43,934 nucleotides of DNA, taken from Hyphochytrium catenoides (lineage: Eukaryota; Protista; Hyphochytriomycota). The notes below the pieces were generated by a model that ran no database searches, was not told where the DNA came from, and saw nothing but the letters and a program-made list of their open reading frames with translations. Each line of letters opens with the position of its first letter. Position 1 is the stretch's first letter. The stretch covers positions 1 through 43,934 of the forward strand of contig FLMG01003765.1 of the NCBI GenBank assembly GCA_900088475.1, in the 5' to 3' direction. The position numbers were made by a program, and so were the translations under genes. Of this stretch, positions 23,089-35,299 are shown piece after piece.

Positions 23089-23296
23089 CCTGTGGCATTG
23101 ATTCTTGCTTCCTCTTCTCCACTGTCTCTCTCTCGGCCACTTCCACTCTTTCTCTCTACATGGGACGGCATATTTTCCCCATGGCAGTATAGTAGCTCCT
23201 CTAAGGTTGAATATCAGTAAATGGTTATGTATATGAGCTTACATATGAGACGTTGCTTTGGTCTCGCCCTTGCCGATTCCTTATCTATTGTCCGTT

Positions 23297-25643
23297 CTAG
23301 CTTTCCTCTTCAAAGAGGTAGTTGTCAGCTTGGTTATTGCTTTCCTCTTTCCACCACCATCCCTGGCTCTCTCCTCTCTGTGGCTCTTCTTCTCTCTTGC
23401 TTACTGTCTTGTCGTATCTTTGGATCCTCACAACGGGCTCCACAGCGGTGGCCGCCCTCGTGCTCTCCATTGGAAGTATGGGCATTGGGGGACCTGGGGA
23501 GGAAGAGGCGTAGTAGGATGCGGCGCTAGGCTTTGTCTCTTTATCCGCTTGGAAAGATTTCTCCTTGTTCTGCAGGAGGTCCATGATGTCGTGTCGTCCT
23601 GTTCTTTCTTCCTCTAGCGTTATCTCAGCTATCTGTGGAGCACAGATAGGCGGCTGTCAGCTTGCTGTTCGTCCGACCACTTCAAGCTCCACCTAGCCTG
23701 CACTGATGGAAGAGATCCGCTTCCTGTCTCCTCGCGTTAATACTCTCGCCCGCTATCTCTCTCACCCTCTTTGTCTGTCTGTCTGTCTGTCTGTCTCTTT
23801 CTCTCTCTCTCTCTCTCTCTTCTCTTTCTCTCTCTCTCTCACAGCTAGTCCGCAACCGTTTTTCGTTTTCTTCTCTCCACACTCTCTCCCTACATCCATG
23901 GCCTCTATCAGTTTGCGCTTCGTTTGCTCGTATTCTCTCTCTGATGCTTAACTTTCCTCCTTTGGATGACAGGACCTTACCAGCTCAAGCATAACGTCAC
24001 ACTTCAAAGCCAAATCATTGTTCTGCACGTCCTTCTCTTCCAAGGCCGTCTGCAAGAGAGAAAGCTTCTGTGTGGACGAAGAAAGAGACACGGAAAGTCT
24101 TTCTCTGTCTGCCTGCAACCTTTCCACTTCTCGAACAAGGATCGCTTCTCTCCGGCTTGCCTCCTCACGAAAGCGGAGTAGGTTAGCGTCACTTTCATTA
24201 ATAACGTGCTGCTGCTCTGTCTCCTTCGCCTCCGCTTTTCTTCGAGCTTCCTCCAATGCCTGGGATAGGCTAACTATCTGCTGTGCATTGGCCTCATGCT
24301 GTCTGTTCATCTCTTGGACCCTCTATGTTGACAAAGATATAGATCTGAGTGCAAAAGAGTATGCAGACACAGAGCGGAGATCAAGGCAGACGAAAAGGAG
24401 AAGCAATCGTTCATGCAAGGAGAGTAGAAGAGGATTATGGGAGAAGAAAGACGCGGATTGGATGTGGAAGGCTCACCTCAGACAAAGAGGTCAGTCTGGC
24501 GTCCTTGTCTTGCAGTTGTTGCTGCAGTCGAGTGACCTCTGCGCTCTTAGAATCCTCGAGCTCTTGAAGCTGCCGCCTTATGCTAGTTACCGTTACCTCT
24601 CTGTCGTGTGCCTGGTGCCTTAGAGACGCCTCAGCTTTCTCTTTCTCTTCTAACTGCTGTCTTAATGTACTCAGCACCTCTTCTAAGCCCCTCTTCTGAA
24701 GCTCTAGCTGCAGCCGTTCTTCTTCTGCAATGGTCCTGTAGGAGAGCTGTTGACTCTTTAGGGAGTCTAGCAGTGCCTGATGGCTCTCGTGAGCCATCTC
24801 GCGGAGATTGGACTCTGTCTTTAGAGCTTCCTGACAGTCAGAAAGCAGCCTCTGCAATCTTTGGATCTCACCGCTGTTCTTCTCTTCTTGCTGTCGCAGG
24901 TTCTCTCTCAATGTTTCTACTTGGCCCTCTTTTTCTAGTTGTACCCTTTGCTCTGTCTCTTCTTTCTCCCGTTGTGCCACCCTTGCAGCTTCGACTTGCT
25001 TCTCATATGACTCTCTTAGCTGTAGGTACTCGCTGTCTTTTTGTTCCAGCTGTCTTTGCAAGGAGAGGGCATGCGTCTCCCTCTCTTTTATCTCTTGAGA
25101 CGATGCTTCCAGCGCATGGATGAGTCTTTCTTTCTCTCGGCCAACCTCCTCCGCGAGGGCCTCTTTTGCTTGTCTCTCCAGCTCTTTCTCTTCCATCCAC
25201 TTCTTGATCATCTCCTCCAGCTTTCCATTCTCGGCTCGCATGTGACCCAGGCGCTCTTCTGAGGCTATCGAGCGGCTTGCCAAGTCATCATTGATCTTCT
25301 GGAGGTGGCTGATCTGCTGCTGAAAGTCTTTATGTCGTGCTTCTGAGAGCTCGAAGCGGTGTTGAGAGTCATCTAAGAGCTTCCGAAGCTGTGCCAGGTC
25401 CAAATCTTTGGACTTCAGAGACTTCTCCTGCTGCCGCCGAAGGTCCTGCAGTGCATTGAGCTCGGCCCTTAGCTGTGTAATCTCCTCGAGATGTTTGCCG
25501 AGAGCCACGTCTGCTCAGTTTCCGGAGTCAATGGATGACGGAGGAGAGAGAGACGCAGACAAGACATGCACAGGAGGGAGAATAAGGGAGATATAAAAAG
25601 GCGCAGGGAGAGAGGGAAAGATAGAGAGAGAGAGAGGGAAAAG

Positions 25644-25692
<49 letters not shown>

Positions 25693-26685
25693 ACAGAGAG
25701 TGTGAGAGAAAGAGAGGTCATAATGCATACCAGGTGAGGGAAGGAAGAGAGAGAACAGAAACTATTGTCGAGAATAGGAGAGAAGAGAGAAAGAAAGAGA
25801 AGAAAGCATGTGGATGGTGAAAGTAGAGGGAGACATGCTTAGGTTGCCTGGCATTCGGTGTCCTGAACAAAGGGAAGGGAAGGGATAACACAAGCTTGTC
25901 AAAGCAAGAGAAAGAACGAAGAATGTACCATTGCAAATCCATCCTTCCTGGTTTAAGCTGAGCGTCATGCCATCTAACGCGAGGGCTATGGGAAGATCAA
26001 AGGTGCTTGCCATAGTCTTTGGTCCATGCTCGTCTTCGGTACTCATATTCTCTCTCCCTCTCTTGCTTCTGCCTCCCTGCTTGGTTCGTCACGCCCTATT
26101 CGATCTCCCTTAGCAAACTGAAGTTCAACCTCAGCGGATAGCACCGCTGAGACCGCTTCACTACGCCTGCTTGCTCTGGATTCTCAATGTAGACAAGTGT
26201 CAAGACAGAAGGACAGCGAAGACAGCTTCCTCATAGAGCGCAAGGCGGCAAAGAGAAGAGGAGACTGCTCTTCACTGAGCAGCAGCAGCGCACTCAGCTG
26301 GGAGCAGGAAGAGAGAAAGACAGAACCTGAGGATGATGGCTTCTGATCTTCCTTCGCTTGCCCTTGGGCTTCTTGGCCCCAGTGGCTCCTTCACAGCTGC
26401 TGATCCTCCTGAACCGACACACTTCCTCTCCTGGGGGAGATCTGAATTGTCCGTTATTGGCTAGATGAGGGCAGAGGAAATTTCAAATTATCTTTCGGCA
26501 GTGAGGAAACCGGACAGAGAAGTGCGGAACCTTCTGCTGCTGTTGGCGCTGATGTTGGCGCTGGCTGTTGGCGCGGCTGCTGCTGCTTTCAACATGCCTG
26601 ACTCCCTTGCTGACTCCTCACTTTTGGTTGAAAAGCTCCCGCGTCTGTAGGCGCTTCTCTCGTTACTGCCTTGGCTCTCGCGCAT
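23297..26685 (-). CDS. Long coiled-coil protein, function unknown; core exons ~25513-24477 and ~24322-23980, last exon ending 23297; 5' exons uncertain
   Basis: More than 450 codons of E/Q/K/L/R-rich helical sequence flanked by splice signals. The start codon and upstream exon structure are not resolved. Confidence 0.7.
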
Positions 26686-28951
26686 AGGCTGAAGCTATAT
26701 GCTACTTATGGTAGGGTTTTAAGGTGACAAGAGGGTCTCCTCCCTCCTAGCCCTCTATCACTTTTGGTGGCCCCTCATCATAAGAACAGCTTCTGGTTCC
26801 GTTATCTGTTCTTATCGCTGTTGGCGCGCATGCTAGTCGTTGGCCGTGACATAGTTACGATATCGCTATGTGATTGAGGGCCAGGTTGTCGGAAGCTCTT
26901 CCATCAGGTGACGTGAATTTTGGCTTCTGCGCCTCATCAGCTTGCCACACCGCATCAGGTTATAGGTCCCTTGGTGGAGTGCAACGCAGCAATAAGCAGA
27001 ATGTCGTCTACTGAGATCACTAAGTAGATGGCCTGCCCGTCCTTTTAACCGTAAATGAGACAGACATGCATCTAACTGCGGCTTGTTTGCCTAGAGCCAT
27101 GAGTGATCAGAGAATGGAATGAATAACCTCGCAGTCATTGATCCACACCAGGCCAATCCCATCGCTGACAATTCGTTTTGAATAAGAGCTTGAATAAGTT
27201 ACCGGGGGGATCAGCAGCATTCTTTTTTTCTGCCATCAACAGCATCAAGAGCAACAACAGCAGCGAGGTCCTCATTCCTTCTTCAAGACGCATCATGACC
27301 CAGGCACGTGCAGGAGGCACAGCCATATTCTGCATTCTCTACTACGGTCAAGGACGTTAAAGGATAAACAGGTTATTTTACTTGGTGATCTATTTAGATG
27401 ACACTCAACTATTTGCACTCCACCAAGGAAGAGCTAACAGCCAGATTAGCACCGGCACATTGGTGTGGAGGCAGGCTGAGATGATCATCATCGGAGCATA
27501 CATAATATTTCATTAACTGACAAGAATATAGTGGAAGCAACTATACTTTCAACAACAGCAGCTGGAGCTTCCGTCTTAATTCAACCTGCTCCTCCGATAT
27601 ACTAAGTCTCGAACAAGAGTGGGAATGGCATGCATTAGAGACCCCAAAAGAATTGACGAAAGCTTTGTTAGTGCAAGAACTGCCTTTGTTGAAAGCTGCC
27701 TATGAAAGGGGTTTAACAACAGACTTACTCTTCCACCTTCTCCTAAGATAAGAGCTATGGAAACAGAGAGGCCATTCATAATGGGATGACATGTTCCTCA
27801 TCAGACAGAGGCGATTTGTCGGGTGGCTTCTTGTTAGCTCTTCGTCAGCCGTAGGTCTCACATCGTACCTAGAAAGAATTGCTCTTCTTCCATCCTACAG
27901 TCCCTCTTCACTAGCATCCTCACCATCACTGCTACTCTCTTTCCTTTGCCCGAGACGCACTGGCAGAAGGTCTCCACCCTTCCTCTATTGAAGAGTCCCA
28001 CGGAGATCTCACGGCCTCTATGAGGCCCTCAATCTTGCGCGTCATCGAGCGGCAACAGCACAGGTTCCTTCGTCCTGATCTCCCCATAGAAAGTTGTGCA
28101 GTGAAGAAGGGAAGCGAAGGAGAAGAGCCCTAACATTCTCATTTTCATAACTTCTGGGGGAGGTCTCCATTGGAAAGGAGCCACATTTTCTTGTAGGTGT
28201 TCTGACCTATGATAGAGGAATTAGAGGTATTTGTAGACCGGCCTACCCTACGTGGTGTGTCTCCATAAACTTCAATAAAAAAGTTGATGTTTCTTTCAAT
28301 GGTACACACCTGATCCTATTCATCAACCGCCTTGGGCAGGCTAGAGGAGCTGTCATATAATTTCTGGTGATGCTGGAAGCGCCATCACCGCCGCCTCCGC
28401 CATCAAAACCTTACAAGCCGCACCTGCAGCGGCAGCATTATTATTAGCACTGCAGCGTCACAGCGTCAACCAACAGCAGCAGCAGCAGCAGCGGGAGCAC
28501 CAAGTAGACCACCAGCACCAGGCAGACACCAACAGAGCCAGGCAGCACGGGCAGCAGCACTAGCAGCGGAGCAAGGCGCTCTGATCCTTAGCGGAGGCAT
28601 TGGACAAAGGCGGGGGGCAAAAGCACCAGCAGCAGCAGTCACAGCTTCTGATTCTTATTGCCCTGTGCGGAGCAGAGACAAATAAAGGAGAGAGATAATT
28701 AGGCGCTTTGTTCTCTTCAATCTCTGGCTCTCTCTCGTTGTTTCAAGCTATCCTCAGCTTTCTTCAAACATTGTCGCGCCGGGGCCATCGGTGCCGCTTG
28801 TTGGGAGCAAGGAAGGACGGACTTGCCTTGTTCGCATCACCAGCCTACTACTGCTTGCGAACCTTGGGCTATTCTCTGGCATCTTGGAGCGGGGACCGTC
28901 TAGTAAAAAGAGCAGAGCTGCCAGGAAGAGCACTAGGGAGCTTTTGTCAAG

Positions 28952-31900
28952 ATGGCAGCAGGGGCAGCGGGCAAGTACGTTGTGCACAAGTTTGGAGGGA
29001 CCAGTGTTGCCAGTGCAGACTGCTATCGCCAGGCCTGCACCATCATTGAAGATGTCCAGCGCAACCATGATGGGCCCGTAGCAGTGGTATGGCCGTCCGT
29101 CTCCCCATCTCCACTCTCAACACACCCCATCCTCATCTCTCTTTCTCTTGCTCTCTCTCTCGCTCTTTCGCTCTTTCTTCTCACTCTCTCTATCCCGGCC
29201 CTTCCCTTCTCTCTTCTTTTTCTGCGTTGTCCCCATCGACTCTTCATGTCGTAGGTCGTGTCTGCGATGGGAGGCAAACCAAAGGTCACTGACCTGCTGA
29301 TCCAGTTGATGACGCTGGCAAGGACGGGGAACCTGGGTGACTGTGAGGCTGTGCTAGACGGGTTGCGACAGAAGGTGCTAATTTATGGCAGGCCGCATTG
29401 CAACGCCATCTCTTGATATGCTGTGTCTCACCCTACGCTGTTCCGCTCCGTTAACCTTTATTGCAGTTCACTTTCCTTTGCCGTCCGTTCTCTCCTATGG
29501 CCCTTTCTCTACTCATCATATTCTCTTGCTTCAGCATTTCACCGCTATCAAGGACATGCTTCCAGAGGCACGATGGGAGAAGCTGCAGGCGATAATCGAG
29601 CAGGATCTGACGAACATCAAAGACATTCTTAAGGCTGTAGCACTCATTAAGGTATATGACTAGATTTGAAATGGCGTTATTGCCACTTTNNNNNNNNNNN
29701 NNNNNNNNNNNNNNNNNNNNNNNNNNNNNNNNNNNNNNNNNNNNNNNNNNNAATGTGAGGATAGAGGAGCTCATCTCTGGCCATGGCGAGCTCTGGTCAG
29801 CGAGACAGCTGCAGGAGCTTCTCTGCGCCAGAGGACATGACTACGCTTACCTTGATGCTAGGAAGGTGTGCTAATAATGATGATGTTACCCTGTCCCTCC
29901 TTCGGCCTTTCTTTCTGCATCCTCCTCTTCGCCCCTACACCTTCCCTCTCCCTCGCTATTCCAACTTTCCTAAGTCTGTGGCCCCAGGTCCTCGTAGTGG
30001 AAGAAGGAGAGAAAGGGCCACAAGTCCTCTGGGAAGAGTCAGAACGTCGCCTGCAAGAGTTCCTCTCCTCTCTTCAGCCAACCAAGAACCTTGTCATCAC
30101 CGGATTTGTGGCTTCCACACTCTCAGGAGTCAGCACTACGCTGAAGAGAGACGGAAGTGACTTCTCAGCCTCCATCTTCGGCCGGCTTCTTGGAAGTGCC
30201 TCAATCACCATCTGGACAGATGTTAGCGGTGTGCTTAGTGCGGACCCAAGACGAGTGCCGGAGGCTAAGATTCTTCCTGAGATTTCCTACAAAGAGGTAA
30301 GAGCAGCAGACAACGGAAAGCAGGCAATGCCCCTCTGACCACTCTTCCCCATTCCATCCCCGCGTACCTCTTCGTCTCCCGCTCTTATATACCTGTGTGG
30401 CCCTCTTCCTCCTCTTCTCTCTCCGTACGCCCTTCCTACTTTTAGGCAATGGAGCTGGCGTACTTTGGCGCTAAGGTGATACACCCGAAGACCATGGCGC
30501 CCGCAGTCGAAAAGTCGATCCCTATCTATATCAGAAACACCTTTATGCCACATCATAAGGGCACTAGGATTTTTACGTCTATCTGGGAGAGAGAGAGCAG
30601 GAAAGAGAGGCCGGAGGAGAGAGAAGACAACGTCTGCGGCTTCTCCACCGTAGACGACTTGGCGCTATTTAACCTTGAAGGTCATGGCATGGTGCGTGAG
30701 GAGAAAGAGACAGAGAAACAAATGATTGGCCTAACCTCATCCTCTTCTCCTTCGTGTTTGTCTGTCATTTACTCACTTTTCGCATGCCCTATCGCCTTAC
30801 TAGAATACTCGACTACTGCTTCCGGCGCCTCTTTGTTTCGTCCGGCTTGCTTTTGCCTATAAGTCGGCCCTTCGCTTCTGCCTCATCCGGCAATTGCTCT
30901 TTCCCATCAGCCAACTGTGGGTCTCGTCTAGTTTGGCCTCACTGGAGGGCTCTCTCTCTTCTTAGGTCGGTGTTCCAGGTATCGCAAGCAGACTATTCGG
31001 TGCGTTAGAGAAGGTGAAGGTCAGTGTGGTCATGATTGCGCAAGCCAGCTCGGAGCATTCCATCTGCTTTGCTGTGCCCAACAGACAGGTAAGCGGACAG
31101 ACCTCTTTCAGGAGCCCGGCATAAAGCTCTCCTCAGTGCACGAGTGAGTGTAAGAGTAAAGAGTGGTGTTCTAGTTTCACTTTCTCTCTCGTGTCTTTAA
31201 ATCTGTGCTCTCTGTGGCAACTAGCTATCCTAAAGAAACGCGGTAGCCGAGGAGGTAGAAAGGAAGCCATGAGCAATCGGCCAAGAGAACAGCAATAGAG
31301 CTCACCTTCATGTTTGTTCTTCTGCGAACCATTGCAGAGTGAGATCACTTGTGACGCGGTCACTACAGCTTTCTTCAAGGAGATTCATGACGGGGACATC
31401 AATGTATGCCTTAGAGCTCCAAAGCGCTCCCCCTCTCGCTACATCAGTAGTTCCCTTGATTGGCTTCATCACCCGTACATTTTCTTACCATCATACTTTC
31501 TGGTGTCAACAAGGCTTCTTTCCTGCGTAGCACGGCAGTTGTCCCCTTCCTCTCCTCACAATGCTTTGCGATTTGTCTGTGTGCTCCTTGTTCAGTTCGC
31601 CTCCATCAACTTGTTGCTTCCATAAGATAACCCTATTAAAGCCTCTAGATCATATCTCTCCGGTCAGCGTCATTGCTGCTGTGGGCGACGCGATGCCTCA
31701 CGTGCCTGGAGTATGCGGGCGATTCTTTCAAGCGCTGCGGCACGCTGGGATCAATGTCTTGGCCGTGGCCCAAGGATCCAATGAAAGAAACCTGTCTTGC
31801 GTAAGTTCTCGTATCTCTCAGTGTCAGTGTGTTTGTCCGCGCTCTTGCTCTTGTGGAGTATCATGGCAAGGTCTAACCAGTAACCTAACTTGTGATGTTG

Positions 31901-34900
31901 GCTCTCACACAGGTCGTTCGTCACGCAGACTCCGCCCGCGCCCTTCGTGCCGTGCACTCAGCCTTCTTCCTGTCTTCTCTCACATTGTCGATCGGCCTGG
32001 TAGGGGTACAAGGTGAAGGCAGCATTGGGTTGGAGCTATTGGAGCAGATTAACAGGCAGAAAGAATGGCTGAGAAGTAGATACCATGTAGACCTTAGGGT
32101 AGGTTAACGCACCGACCTACTTTTCTTGTCAGTGCCTCTTCGTCAACCTGTTCCTCCAGGCCTACTTTCCTTACTCGTACTGCCTCCTACTCGCTGTCTC
32201 CTTAAGGTCGAAACCTGACGTGCTCACGCTTTCACTCTTCTAGCTCACCGACCCTTTGTCCCTTGAGATTTCAACTCGTTGAAGTCGTTCTCATTGTAAC
32301 TATATTATCAAGCGAGGCCCCAGCCATTGAGACCGGATCTGTCTCTGCTGTTTCTGTTTACTGCAATTCTCTCTTCCACTGGCTAATCTTTCTTTCCTCG
32401 TCCCTGCGCATCGCATCCTCAGATCCGAGCGGTGGCGTCAAACTCCCATATGCTCCTGCACGAGACGGGCCTAGACCTTGAACAGTGCATTCAAACCTTC
32501 TCAGCTTTGGCATCTTCAGACCCCTCGGCGGCGGCTTCCTCAATCTCTCTACCTCTGGTGCCTCTAGACAGGGACCATCTCCTGGAGCATGTGAAGGCAG
32601 ACCACATACCTCACTGGGCCGTGGTGGATTGCTCAAACAGGTGTGCACCTCCAAGTGTTAGCGTGCCAACGGGTCTCTATCTCTCCTCCGTCCTCTCTCA
32701 TTGATCAAGCACCCTTATGACTTCAAGCTCAGGACCATGCCATTGAGCTTTCGCTTGCCCTGCTCGTTGCATCCAGTTTCTCCCATTATCCTCTTGTCGC
32801 CTTAACCTTTGACCTTATTGCGTCCCCAACTGAGGGAGCCAGCCATCCTGACGGCATCTGACCGTCGCTTTTCCTTTCACTCTTCGTCTACTTACCTTCG
32901 CGTAGCGAGTCATTGGCCAGACAGTACCCCTCCTGGGTGTCGCAACGGCTTCACGTCGTAACAGTGAATGTTGAGAGCCAGGCGGGCCCTCAGAGTCTCT
33001 ATGACCGTATTTTGGAGATGAAATGCAGAGAGAGCACTGCTGTACAAGCGGAGGGCGTCGTGGCCCCAGGTCTGCCAGTGCTGGGAACCTTAGAGGATCT
33101 CATACAAGTAGGCAGCCTCTTTCCATTTCGTCCCTGATGGCCCTGGCCCGCTGAGAGGTCATTCAGTTATTTGCTATGAGGTCTATGCGTCCCTTTGGGG
33201 CTGTTCTTCCGATTTCGACTTGAAGGCGTTACGATGGGCCCTCTCGCTGTCCTGCCGCTGCTTCTCTCATCTCATCATCAAGCGCTCCCTTGCGACTCTT
33301 TTTCATTGCTCAAAGTCTCTTTTAGATCAAGATCTCTAGTGGGTCTCGCGCTCGCCGTGGCTCAACATTCTCTTCTGCCGAACCCTTCAACTCATTGCTT
33401 TTGTAGACGGGTGATGCGGTGCGAGCAGTGCTCTGTGTGCTCTCAGGAGGTATCAGCTGGATCCTCAGTGCGATGGAGGATGAAGCAGATAGGGCGACAG
33501 AGACAGGAAGAAATGGAAAGGAAGGAGGGCTGGTTGGAGCAGCTAAGAAGGCGCTAAAGCTGGGATTCTGCGGTCCTCCTGCTCTCTCACACTTCGCGGA
33601 GGACTTTACCGGTATCACTGAGGCGAAGAGGGTAAGAGCCAGGCTTCTCCAGTCCTCGGTCCCTTCGCTGAGTACTCGGTTTGGCTAACTTTTCTCCTGC
33701 CTCCGTCCTTATTTATTGCCATGGTTTGCTTGATTGTTTGTCTATGTTATCCCCGTAGGCGGTGATCCTAGCTCGAGAATTGGGTCTGGAGGTGGAGCTC
33801 AGTGATGTGAAGGTTAGCCAAGGATCTCACACGATTAAGAGGCACTCTCTTCTGCTCTCAGCCGCGATTTTTTATCACTCTTACCGACCTGCATTTTGTC
33901 TGCTCTCTCTCTGTTTCTCTCCTGTGCTTGTCATTGGTCTCTCACTCTCGGTGTGTCTGCCTCTCTATGTCTTCTTCTTCTCTCTATTTGTCCCTCTTTG
34001 CCTTAGTCTGACATCTAGCCTACTTCTATCTTCATAACCAACTCATCGCTTACCTCTTCCAATGTGCTATTCTCCATACAGATTGAGGGGATTCTTCCCA
34101 TCTCTATGGCCAAGGCTTCACAGTCCGAGATTCTCGCGGCACTGGCAGAGCGGAGCGATGAGCTTCAAGGAAGACTGCAAAAGCTCAAGCTGCAAGGCAA
34201 AAGACTGCAGTACGTGCAAAGCAGAGAGGAAGAGAGAGAAAAGCTGTCAAATGCCTTGGGAGGGAGATGACGGTGAAGCGCCGAGGAGGGAATCTGACAT
34301 CATAAGGAAATGCACTAATTGGCTAATCTACCACTGTGCAGGCTCCTGTCACGCGTAAGCCTCGATGGGCAAAAAGCTGCCGTAAGCGTGGCGTTGGAAG
34401 TGACAGACAGGGAACATTTCTTCTCCCACGTCCGCGGTCAGTAGCCCTCTACCTCCCTCCGCATTCTTCGTTTACCCCTGACCTGCTGCTCTATCAATAC
34501 CTTTCTGCGAGAGCCACCCTGGAACTGTTATCTTGGTCACTCCTCTTCCCTCCCTTCTTCCTGGTGCCTGCATGAATTATTTGGGCTCTGTCCTTACCAT
34601 CTCTTATCCGCATATTCAGGGAATGCCAATGCTGTGGCGTTCTTCACTCAACGGCACGCCTCTCAGCCCCTTCTAGTTCAAGGCGCTGGGCCCTCTCCGG
34701 TCATCCTGGCGGGTTGTCTCTTCTCCGAGATCCTTAGACTATGCCGGGAGCTCGGCGCCAGGGATCATGGTAGGTCTCCCAGAGTGCATAACAGAGCCTT
34801 GTGGTTTGGATCTCTCCTGTCCGATGCCTTGCATGTCCAGCCACTTTCTCTGTTCGTTCGCTTCTCCTCTTGCCGCATAACTCTCCATCCTATCCAAGCG

Positions 34901-35117
34901 CTCAAACCTTCCGCAAGAAGAGAAGTTGCCAGAGCTTGTCAGTTAGGAGGTTGCATGGAGATGCTAATGCCTCTGTTCTGTCTTCTACTCTGTGTCTTCG
35001 CCCTCTCTAGGTGGCACCATTGCCATGAAGAATAAGAAGTTTAAGCCCCGGCCCTCTCCTTCCATGACCAACTTAAGTGACCTGGTAGGCGAGACCAACG
35101 GTACTTTGAGCCACTAG
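28952..35117 (+). CDS. Aspartokinase + 2xACT + homoserine dehydrogenase-like fusion (AK-HSDH, ThrA-type architecture); many exons, one partly in an N-gap; HSDH motifs degenerate
   Basis: The AK domain shows [52 protein letters not shown] and [16 protein letters not shown]. The ACT domains show [24 protein letters not shown] and [18 protein letters not shown]. An HSDH-like C-terminal half follows, with the stop TAG at 35115-35117. Confidence 0.9.
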
Positions 35118-35299
35118 ACAACGCAAGCTCATTAGAGTTAGGCAGGCAAACGAAGAGAGAGGTAGCAAGCACCAAAGGCATCAAGGTGTAAGGTTAGAGA
35201 CTGGAAGGAATGGTAGCCCGCGATGGTGCCATCTATTTAACAATAAAGAAGCAGTTGCAGAGTCATCATCATCATCAACATATTTTGTCATTAGTTCGA

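Noticed and set aside
26712-26719. TAGGGTTT (telo-box-like) upstream of the coiled-coil gene
   Set aside because: A single 8-mer is expected by chance in 44 kb.
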